Assembly (NCBI GenBank): GCA_037447605.1
Contig: CM074820.1
Coordinates: 620,001-684,000, forward strand
Direction: 5' to 3'
DNA: 64,000 nt
Source of the DNA: Zygnema circumcarinatum SAG 698-1b
Lineage: Eukaryota; Plantae; Zygnematophyceae
Shown: positions 53,344 through 64,000 of the stretch, piece by piece
Layout of the letters: the number at the start of each line of letters is the position of its first letter
Position numbering within the stretch: the first letter of the stretch is position 1
Program-made: the position numbers and the translations under genes
Notes under the pieces: model-generated
The model's input: only the letters and a program-made list of their open reading frames with translations
What the model was told of the DNA's origin: nothing
Databases searched by the model: none

Positions 53344-53885
53344 TCCGCCCTGTGCATTTTTTACCCAAGTTTTGTCGCATGGCACGGCCAAACATTCTCC
53401 ATTTTTTCTGCCACGTGGCAGAACCTGGCTGGCCACATCCGTATTTCTATTCAAGATCGACGGCCACAATCACTCGCCCTCCCTTTGGCCAAATCCCAAC
53501 GGAAACTCCCACACTTGTGGCTCGCCAGTTCGTGCAGACGTGGCGTACCACGTCGTCCGTTTCTTGCCATGTCACTCACCACGTGTCGATGTCCCGAGAG
53601 CATCGCCTGCCTGCACGCCACGTCACGCCCGCTGTACAAAACGAACTTCCAGAACCGACATGTACGGACACACGAAGTGTACGGTCGTGTCGGTGGGTGC
53701 CTATAAAAGGTTGACTCCAGTTCGATTGTCCGAGGTTCGCTCCCGCACAGTGCAAGGCTTCGCAAGCGCCGGCGGAAACGGACGGAGCCGAAGGTGGAGG
53801 GTTTAGGGCTTAAGAGCTTTCAGGTTGTTGAGGGAGGGCTTTGGGTTTAGGGTTTAGGGTTTAGGGTTTTGGGTCCTTCGAGGCA

Positions 53886-56353
53886 ATGTACAACTTCATC
53901 GTGGTGGAGTTCGAGGCCGGAGGGCACAAAAACGACCTCCGCAATGCGAACGCGTGGCGGGCGACGGCGGCGGAACTGATCGGAACGCTGATCTTTGTGT
54001 TTGTGGGGGCGGGCTCCGTCGTGACCAGCGGTGAGAGGGCGCATGGAGCTGGGGGGGGGGGGGAGGGAGAGGGGGGGAAGGGANNNNNNNNNNGGACAGG
54101 GAGGGAGGGGAGGGGACGAGAGGGGGGGAAGAGGAGGGAGGGGAGGGAGGGACAGGGATGGAGAGGGGAGGAGAGGGGCAAGGAGGAGGGAGGGGAGGGA
54201 GGGACAGGCAGGGACAGGGAGGGAGGAGACGGGAGGAGTGGGGCAGGGAGGAGGGAGGGGAGGGAGGGACAGGGAGGGAGGAGAGGGGAGGAGAAGGGGG
54301 AGGTGGAGGGAGGGGAGGAAGGACAGGGAGGGAGGAGAGGGGAGGAGAAGGGGGAGGAGGAGGGAGGGGAGGAAGGACAGGGAGGGAGGAGAGGGGAGGA
54401 GCGGGCTGGGGGGAGGAGGGAGGGGAGGGAGGAAAAGGGGGGCGGGGAGGAGGGAGGAGCAGACAGAAGCAAAATGGGAGTGGGGCAGAGGGGCATATGG
54501 AGAATGCGCAGAGAGGGAGGAGGCAGGGAGAGGAGGAAGAGAGAAGGACAGTTCAAGTAGACGAGGGGTGAGGATGACAACACCAATATGTGCAGTAGGT
54601 GTGTCAAGGAAAGGGAGAGAGTAGGATGAGGAAGGAGGGGAGAGACAAAGCTGGGCGGATGGGGTTGCGTTTGTTGGCGAGGAAAAAGCAGACGAAAAGA
54701 GGGAGAGAGAGAAAGAGCATAAAAAAAGAGGAACGGTGTCAGTTCCATTCTTTCTCATGGTCACCACTTTGTATTAACTACGAAAGCAGGTAGTGTGATT
54801 AATTTCATTTTTTTTTTTTCTTTTCAATAGTAAGATTGAAGGGTAGAGAAACCTTAGCTCTCCACAAGAGGTAGCTGCTACTTTGCCACTCTCATCCATT
54901 ACAGCAGAATAGCAAGAAGCACTGAAGTAGCCTCCCTTTTCCTAAGTGGGTTGATTTGCCTTCTCACCTTTTAACCCTCCCGATCATGTTTCTTCACATA
55001 AATTCCCAATACTTCAACCCAACCTCACCCCGCCCCCCATCGCTATGCCCCTTCTCTATGCCCCCCCTTCCCCCCATCTCATCTGACCTACTCCAACCCA
55101 ACCCAACCCGTTCCCCAACCAAAGCATTCCTCGTGGTCCCTTCCCCCAACCAAAGCATTCCTCGTGGTTCCCCCCCCCCCCACTCTCGTCCAGGCCTTGC
55201 TCTACAAAACCAAACTTTACTCGACCCTGCTCGAATTTTACTCATTGCGTTGGCCCACGGCCTGACCATCGCCATCCTCGTGGGCACCCTCGGGTCGATC
55301 TCGGGCGGGCACATCAACCCGGTCATCACCCTCGCCTTTGCGATCACGGGGCGGCTCAGCCTCGTGCGCGGGGCCATGTACTTCATCGCGCAAATCAGCG
55401 GAGGCCTCATCGGAGCGGGACTGCTGCGCGCCGTCACCGCCGGGACTGACTACGTGAGTGCCTCCAACCTTGTTCAACATGGTTCAACATGGTTCATATG
55501 TTGTGGACATGTTGGAATTTCGTGTTAGAACTGTCCAAAGGTTGTGTTGTAACCATCTCTTCTGACGTTCTCATGACATTGCTCTAACTTTGTCCTAACA
55601 TTGGTATAGACATAGCTCTGAATGTGGTTGCAACCTTGTTGTACATTTCTTGGAACTTTGCGATCACATCGCCTTAACCTCGTCCTTACATTGCTCTTTA
55701 CTTGCGTTGTCGTTTCATCGCCCTGATATTGTACTCGCTTTGTCTGAACAATGCTTCAAAGCTTGCCTCACCATTCCTACAACAATCTTTCTAACACTTT
55801 CACGAACCCTCAAACCTCTATAACCCACACTCCCCAAAACCCAAAACCCAAAACCCAAAACCCAAAACCCAAAACCTAAAACCCTAAACCCTCCATGCAG
55901 GGCCATTTGGGTGCCCACGCCGTGGGCCACATCGGCGAAGGCCAAGCCCTTGTTGTGGAGATTCTCATCACCTTCATCCTCGTGTTCACCGTGTTCGGCA
56001 CCGCCATAGACCAGCAAGGGCCGGGCCTCATCGCCTCAATCCTCATCGGCTTCGCCATTGGCATCGCCCATCTCCTCGCTGTGCCCCTAACCGGCTCCTC
56101 CATGAATCCTGCCCGTTCATTCGCCCCCGCGGTCTGGTCCGGGTATTGGCACAACCATTGGATCTATTGGCTAGGGCCGGCGATTGGTTCCGTGGCTGCC
56201 ACCTTAATATATGTGCATGTGCTCAAAAGGGGAGTGCGTGACGCGACACTTCCTGGGCATTTGGAGGAAGAAGCGACGAGGCAGACGGGGAGAGTGAAAG
56301 GTGATGTGACAGGGGAAGGGGGTGCGGGTAACGCGGCTACGGACACAGTCTAA
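53886..56353 (+). CDS. Aquaporin (MIP), HIP-like hybrid of TIP/PIP features, 3 exons
   Basis: join(53886..54030,55194..55453,55901..56353) in frame; AELIGT, SGGHINPV, EILIT, GSSMNPARS, HWIYWLGP. Confidence 0.9.
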
Positions 56354-57382
56354 TACATTTTGGGGAAGGGTCGTGTGGTGTGATTTTAGATTTTTTTGGC
56401 GTTTGTTTTTCATTTCTGCCAATGTTTTTAGGTGGGTATGGTAGATATGTACGTATTTAAGTTTTTGAATTTTTTTTTTTTTTTTGATGATGAGGTTTTA
56501 GAGTTTTCTTTTGTGATTGAGGAACATTTGTAACGTGAGACGTAGGTTCGTTTTTATTTCCTCATTTCTGTGGGGAATTTCACTGAACTAAAGCGTTTTT
56601 TTTGCTCCATGCCAATGTTCAGTTGAAGGTTGCGTATTGAATTTTCAATTTCGTCTTTGAATCTAAATTGATCCGAAATTGACGTACACCTTTCGAAATT
56701 GCAATATTTGCAAACAAAGACGAGAAGTGAGGATGTGTTAAATTACACATATACTGAAAAAGCATCTTACGTTCACTGTCGACGAAGTTACGTTCTCGCC
56801 TTGTGAAAGTCGACATGTAAAACATCACTACCCGCTTTACTTCCACGGTATATGAAATTAAGCAATGATGGATTACATAGCACATCCGTACAAACAACAA
56901 CCCTACATTACCTGAAAGATTTTATTCTTGATGTTTTACGGAAACCAATACATTAAAATTGTCTTTAACCGTATAGCCACCTTTCCGAAACATCCACTTT
57001 TCTTTTTTCCCCCCTCATTTCATACCTCCCAATTAAGGACAACATTCAATCCACCCCCTCTAATTTCGAGAGGGATCGAAGGCCCACACAGGACCCAGTC
57101 ATCCGCTAACGAGTTTTCAACATCCCTTAAATCCATATACAATACATGGCCTCTCATTGGTCCGTACAAGGCCTGGTTAAGGGCACACCTCCTCCACACA
57201 CCTCTTCGTGATCAACTCATAATGATACATAGATTTTTTCTACTCTAATGCTTTATCATGACTTCATTTGTCGCCCCTGGGAGATTGCGAGAGAGAGAGA
57301 GAGAGGGAGAGAAACAGAGTGAAAGAGTAAGGGAGAGGGCGAGAGAGAAAGCAGGAGAGGGAGAGGGAGAGAGAGCGAGGGA

Positions 57383-57463
<81 letters not shown>

Positions 57464-58440
57464 TCAGCTGCACACCAAGGCTCCCTGGAAGATAATCTCC
57501 AGAACTTGTTGGCCTCCAAATGCCGTATGTGAAAATGATCAATTCTGGAAAGCCGAGGTGTATTGTTGACTCCTTATTAGGTGATGACGAGGATGATGTA
57601 AGCTTCGCTGAGGATGATGTCACTTGTGATGATGTACACAACATCATGTTATAGTTAGTGATGTTGATGATGAGCCAACCCCTCCCCAACATCACAAAAT
57701 CTCTCCTTCAAAACTCCTCATCTCTCATTCCTGCACAAAAAAAAATGACAAAAAAACAGTTAGTTGACTACAATAAAACGCAACTTCGTTTACAGTATTA
57801 AAAAAAAAAATGTTAAGCCCTACATATGCAATATACAAACAGAATGTTAAGAACCTTAATGTCATTTTTCGATTGCATTGAGAAAATCGACTTACATATT
57901 AAAAATGCTTCGTCACGTCCCGCTTCCATATTCAAACCTCATTCTCTCCTCCCACCTTCGCCTTAATTGCAGCTTCGCTTTTAACTGACTTCACGGATTT
58001 TCTGAAACAGAAAATGTACCAAGATTGCGCACCAGATTTAAACTAAGAAAATTCTCAGACTTCAAAAACTCTGTCAGCATTACTCCCGGACACAATCAAC
58101 TGAAACTGATGAAAATTTATAATAATTTTCAGGCGTTTGTTGTTGCATTTTCAGACCCATAGCCTTTCCCTTCCACCTCGGCCTCTCCTCCAACCCTCTC
58201 CCTCTCCCTCCCACCTCCCTCTCCTCCGCTCCCCCTCCGCCAGCTGTCCTCTGGCCGTCTCCCTCTCTCCTCCCACCCTCTGTCACACTCTCTCCCCCCT
58301 TCTCCCTCTCAACATCTCCTCCTCCACAGCTGTCCTCTGCCCCTAACCCTCTCCCTCCCACCACCTTCACAAAAGATGCCTTTTGTTTCGACAAGAAATA
58401 TAAACTTTTTTGTCGTTTTTATAAAAGAGGTTGAAGGTTC

Positions 58441-59699
58441 TCACAGTGAAGGTGGTTTCGCAGCCTTCAACTTCGCCGTCCGAATGTGCTCCGCTTGAAT
58501 TGCAGCCGCATTATGCTGTGGGCAAAAAAGGTGAAAAAAGAAAGGTGTAAAAATTCGAGTTGATTCGAGTTGGCGGATAGACAATAATCTAGAGGACAAA
58601 AAAAATATTTTCATATTTAATCGTGCAGTTTTTATCCTTAGCTTATTCCTCACCAGGGGCCGGTTGGAGAGGAGTCTGAATAGCCTCTCGGTTGCGAGTT
58701 TAACGAAATCGAGAGGGAAATAAGATATGAGGCAATAGAGCCACACCACTCCCGCCCAGCCCCACCCGCAGCCCTTTATGGGCACAAAGGGCCAGTCCGC
58801 GTACACAGCGATAAAGGTAGCCGACTGCAAAGCGGAAAAAAATAAGGAGAAATAGGAAAGGGAATGAGAAATATAGATCCGATTGAGCACTTTGGGATAG
58901 AAATGGGAAGGGAGGTGCAATTGATATTTCAAATCCTTAAAGAAACGCCAACGGAACGTTTTGAAGGTTTTCACGGGAAGAGGGAGGGGNNNNNNNNNNG
59001 GGAGAGGGAGAGGGAGAGGGAGAGGGAGAGGGAGAGAGGGAAAAAATGAGATGAGGATAAGGCTTTCCAAGTATAACAGAGAATTGAGGATTCCGACGTT
59101 TAAATAAAGATGACTGGAGATGAAGGGAGGAAGGGAGGGAGGGAGGGAGGGAGGAATGCATATAATCTTACAGAGAAGTAATTGGTCCTGACGCCCTCAT
59201 AGAACAGCGTGGTGCAAGCCGCCTGGTATGCGCCCATAGTGCAACACGTGGCAAAAATCTCCACAAGCCCCCACGAGTCCGGCGTCTGCGACGGCCTCAC
59301 CCTATCCTTCGATATCGCCATGATGGTGCCGTTATTCAGAAACGCGATAATAAGCACCAGGAACGGCGGCGTGTCGAACTTCCATATCAGTGCCAGTAGC
59401 ATGAACCCCACCACTATCCGCACAGTCCCCGCCGTGTCGTACAGCACGTAATTCCGCATCCGTTGGAAGATGACGCGGCTGCGGATTATGGCGCTGATGA
59501 TGGTGCTGAGCCCCGGCTCCGTGAGGACGATGTCGGCGGCGTCCCGGGCCGCGTCGGTGGCCCCCGCGACGGCGATGCCGACGTTGGCGGCCTTGAGGGC
59601 GGGGGCGTCGTTAACGCCGTCGCCGGTCATGCCCACGAGGTGGCGGCCGCGCTGGAGGGTCTGGACGATGTGGTATTTGTGCTCTGGGGNNNNNNNNNN

Positions 59700-59737
<38 letters not shown>

Positions 59738-61047
59738 GGGAGAGAGGAGGGGGAAAGGGGAGAGAGAGAGTTCGGAAAGGGGGGAGAGAGAGAAAGAGAG
59801 AAAAAGAGAGAGGGAGCGGGGGGTAAAGGGGTGCGAGAGAGATTCGGGAAAAGGGGAGAGATAAAGAGAGCGGGAGAAGGAGAGAGAGAAAGAGAGAAAG
59901 AGAGAGAGGGAGAGGGGAGTAAAGGGGCGCGAGAGAGAGAGAGAGGGTAAAAGGTGGGGAGAGAGAGAGTACCTGGAAAGACCCCTGCGAAGCCGTCCGC
60001 GCTCTCCACCAAGTCCTCGAGAGTGGTCCCGGGCGGCAGGTTGTCGCGGTGCGTGAGGACGGAGGCGGGGTACATGTCCGCGCCCATCCCCAGCCGCCGG
60101 GCCATCTCCTTCCCAATAGCGAGCTGGTCACCTGCAACCCACGCATTTCCCCATGCTGTCAATTCATTTCATTGAAAAAAAAAACAATGGGCCAAAGAAA
60201 AAAAAAACTTGCCTTTTAATAACGCGTGAAAATCATCAGAAATTTTACAATTTTATATTTTTTTGGGCCCTAAAGGAGAGGAAAGGTGTGGCGGGTGGGA
60301 GGGAGTGCCTGTGATCATCTTGACGCTGACCCCGAGCGTGATGGCGTCAGCAATGGTCTCCGCGGTGTCAGCACGCGGCGGGTCGAGCACGGGCAGCACC
60401 CCCGCCACCTCCCACCGCCCCCCGCCATGGCCGCGGGCACCCACGGCCTCGCCCTCGGGGACAGCCTGGAGGGAGAGAGGGGGGAGGGAGAGAGAGAGGG
60501 AGGGGAGGGGGAGAGAGAGGNNNNNNNNNNGGGGTGAGGTGAGGGTAGAGATGGAAAATATGTGCGATAGGGTGAGGTGGAAAGAGGTTTGTCGTCAGGG
60601 AGAGGAGGTAAAGGAGATACGAAAGGAGGTGAGATGACAAGGGAAGGCGGACAAGAGGGGGATACGAAAGCAAGGAAAGATTTCATTAGTTAAGGAGGCT
60701 AATGCACTGCTGAAGAACGGCTATATACTGACTTCGAAAGAGATGGCCCTCATTTTATCACGAAATCCTTCAAAGAGAGAGGTGAGAAGATGTAGAAGTG
60801 CGAGAAGAGGGAGAAGAGCTCGACGAGCGAGATGAGGGAAAAAGTTTGAGAAGAAAGAGATGAGAGAAAACAAAGAAGTGAGTAAAGAGAGACAAGCGCG
60901 AAGATAGAGCAAAGCTGAAAAGACACGATAAAGGAAAGAGAGTGAGTAGATAGAATATAAAGAAGAGACGGAAGGGGAAGAAAGAAGAGGAGCAGTAATA
61001 GAGAGACTAGAGGGAAGAATGAGAAGCGAGAGAAAAGCGAGAGGAGG

Positions 61048-61103
<56 letters not shown>

Positions 61104-63023
61104 TACCTGGCGAGCCACAGCGAGAGAGCGGAGCCCTCTGTCTGCGTAGCTGTTGATGAGTTCGTGCACCCTGTCTTCGATTTGCGCTTTGTTCCAAGCC
61201 AGACTCAAAACCTAATAAGAAATAAACAAAGAGAATTTGGAAAAGGAACAGTAAGAGAGACAAGGGAAAGCCTAAAGAAAATTTGACTCCATATGTGTAG
61301 AAATAAGCAATAATACTCTTTACTTTTCTTTGTATTATGAGGTGGTTTCTTACTTGTTCAGGCGCCCCCTTGCAGGCTCTCTCCACTCTCCCATCTTCCA
61401 AAACGTAAGTCGTAGCAGCTCTCTTATCCACCGGATTGAATGGGAGATGATGGATTTCCCTAATGCCAGCTCTTGCCTGCAAAACATATCAAACAGAGTA
61501 AGAAAAACAGAGAAAATCAAGAACATTGATCGAATTATGTGGGTAAGAAAAGCATAGATAAGTACAGTTTTGAGCCTTGCACATGTTCAAGTAAATGAAG
61601 GGGATGAAAGAGGACTAAACTTGCTCTTCTATTTACCTTCTCCACATCTCCTATGGTATCAATAAGAGCTTTGTCAATAGGGTCAGGATGATCCGTACGA
61701 GCAGCTCGAACAGCAAGTATGAGAACATCTTCCTTTGTCAAATCTGGGAGGAAAACCTGCAAAAAAAATAAGCAAAAAAACACAAAATAGTTACCCCCAA
61801 AACATAAGGTCAAGGATTTAGGTTGGAAGCTTGTCAAAAAAAAAAAAAAAGTCGGCAACAACATAAACGGAAAGGAAACTAGGGTTATTGAGATGGCGCC
61901 ATAGCAAACTGCTATACCTCGATGATGTCAGTATCCACAGAGAGCTGATTTAGGGTTAGGGTTCCGGTCTTGTCACTGCAGAGAATGTCCATTCCGGCCA
62001 TCTCCTCAATAGCAGTAATTCGCTTCACTATGGCTCCCTGCATAAACTCAAGTCCGGACTGTATCAAAGGAGAACGGAAAAAAAGCAGAAAATAAAACAG
62101 CAGCTCACATGGCAACAAAAACCATTTCACTCCCACTTCTCTCCTCCACTAGTCTCACTCTCCTGTCCACCCTCTCCCTACCTTGACATCCCAATTCCTC
62201 TCCATCTCTCCCACCCCCACCTGACCAATTCCTCCCCATATTCCACCTCTCTCTCTCACTCCTCTTCTCCCCACCATCTTCGTCCCCCTCCCCATTCTCA
62301 ATCTCCAGTTCCACTTTCCTTCCTCCCCTTCCCCCTCCCCCCACACCGTCTCCCCTATTGCCTTCCCTTCCCCCTTGCCTGTTTCCCCCTCCACCCCCCC
62401 ATCCCCACTTATTTCCTTTTCTCTCCCCCCTTCCCCCTTCCTCACTCTCTATTTAGCTATTCCCCCTCTCCCTACTCACTCTCAAACCCCTTCTCCCCGC
62501 TATCCCTAACCACCTCTCCCTCTACCCACGCCTTTCCAAGTAACTCCCCCTCCACCTCACCCTCTCTCTCTCCCTCCACCTCCCGCCCCACTGCCCCTCC
62601 CCCTCCCNNNNNNNNNNCCCCCCCTCCCTCTCCCTCTCCCTCTCCCCCTGCTGCCGCACGTGCCTGTCCCGCGAGGTGGTGGCTCCCTATGGCCATGGTG
62701 ACGGAGAGCACGGTCGGCATCGCGATGGGGATGCCCCCCACGAGCAGCACCAAGATGTTGTCGATGCCGCGACGGTACGGACGCCGCTGTACGGCGAACA
62801 TCACAATGATCTCGATCACGATGCACACCGCGATCAGGACGATGCAGAACGCGCCGATAAGCGTCAGCACCTGCGGGAGGGAGGGAGGGAGGGAGGGAGA
62901 GGGAGGGAGCGAGGGAGAGAGGGAGGGAGGGAGGAGGGGAGATATGAAGAGTGTTAGAAGGGAAAAGGGAGAGGAAACAGGACAAGGGAGACCCATTTGA
63001 TGGGCAGAGATGGAGAAAGTGAA

Positions 63024-63085
<62 letters not shown>

Positions 63086-64000
63086 TGAGACAGAGAGAGC
63101 ACCGACCATCTGAAAGTGTCCGGATGCAGCCGTGTTCTCCACCATTTGAGCCGCTCTCCCAAGGAAGCTGTTGGGTCCGGTGGCTATTACCAGAGCCTGC
63201 AGCTCCCCCTGCTTGCAGGTCGACCCCGAAAAGACCAACTCGCCGCTTGACTTGCTCACAGGGAGAGCCTCGCCAGTCAGGGCGGACTGCGGAAAAATGT
63301 CCAGAAACGAAAATAAGTAAAGAGAACGTAAAGAAGTGGAAAATGAAAAATGGAAAAAAGCTGTACAGGAAAAAAGCCCAATCTTTAGATAGGATGTAAT
63401 GAGGGTCTAAGATGGTGTGAAGGTTTTCAGGTGTGTGTGTGTGTGTGTTTTTTTTTCTTACTTGATCGATTTTTAAGGGCTCCCCCTCAAGCAGGCGAGC
63501 ATCGGCCGGCACTATGTCCCCTCCGCGGATGGAAATTATGTCTCCGGGAACGAGCTCTCCGGCGCTCACTTCTGTCCAAGTTCCGTCTCTCACAACCTGA
63601 GAATTTCAATCAAAAAAGAAAAAAAATCAAAAGGAAAAAAACAAAAGACAAACAGACATATAAACCATGCAGACTCAAATTGGTGTGTAGAAAGAAAAAA
63701 GGGCCATTGACTCGCAGGAAAACTGAAACAATCATCAATAAAATTACATAGTTGTGCCCGAGTGGAAGAAAGATAAAGTCAGCGACTCAGTAATTTTCCC
63801 ACACTTTCTTTCTTTAGTCTTTAGTTTTTTTCTTTAGTTTTTTTTTTCGTACTTTAGCGTTGAGTGCGAGGTTCGCCATTAGACCCGCCGCCGCCTTTCC
63901 AGCATTGCGTTCTTCCACGTACGAGAGAGAGGCGTTGACCACGAGGAGGAACACAATGCCCAGGAAGTCCTGCCAGTCCGGGGGCTCGCCCTGGGGAGGG
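58441..64000 (-). CDS. P3A-type (plasma-membrane H+-ATPase family) P-type ATPase, divergent; 5' end beyond window, one exon probably in a gap, C-terminus uncertain
   Basis: [84 protein letters not shown] across at least 13 exons. The M8 exon is missing, with a gap at 58990-58999. Confidence 0.92.

Noticed and set aside
57264-57695. Independent 143-aa gene downstream of the ATPase
   Set aside because: Half is (CT)n; the rest is better explained as ATPase 3' exon or UTR, which is unresolved.

Overview
Eukaryotic, intron-rich genomic DNA of the green-plant lineage. TTTAGGG-type repeats plus NRL, WRKY, P3A-ATPase and HIP-like aquaporin genes point that way; a streptophyte alga is an inference only. 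The scaffold is a draft with many 10-N gaps and one 100-N gap. Hand-spliced genes, left to right: TIMELESS 3' part (+), MED28 (-), a 12-exon NPH3/RPT2-like BTB gene (-), an ~11 kb nested Ty1/copia cluster, two inverted RING-H2 paralogues flanking a single-domain WRKY gene, the LKR half of LKR/SDH (-, with a 1,760-bp probable assembly duplication), NUS1/LEW1 (+), an orphan secreted-type ORF, a HIP-like aquaporin (+) and the 3' part of a P3A H+-ATPase-like gene (-). Three DNA transposons have visible TIRs and TSDs: a hAT MITE, a TA-flanked MITE and a 2.5-kb PIF/Harbinger derivative. Top finding: the P3A pump has Asn in place of the essential M6 proton-acceptor Asp (AHA2 D684 equivalent) and a new Asp in M5 at the position that partners it in yeast Pma1. 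It also has TGES changed to TGEA and no visible penultimate-Thr tail, and lies tail-to-tail with an H/H/S/R, NPV-type aquaporin. Also notable: a 157-bp identical tract between otherwise diverged RING paralogues, a WRKY domain carrying both R-type and V-type introns, and an apparent empty-site/filled-site pair around the copia cluster. All gene models were built by eye from GT/AG signals and remembered family consensus; no database search was run.
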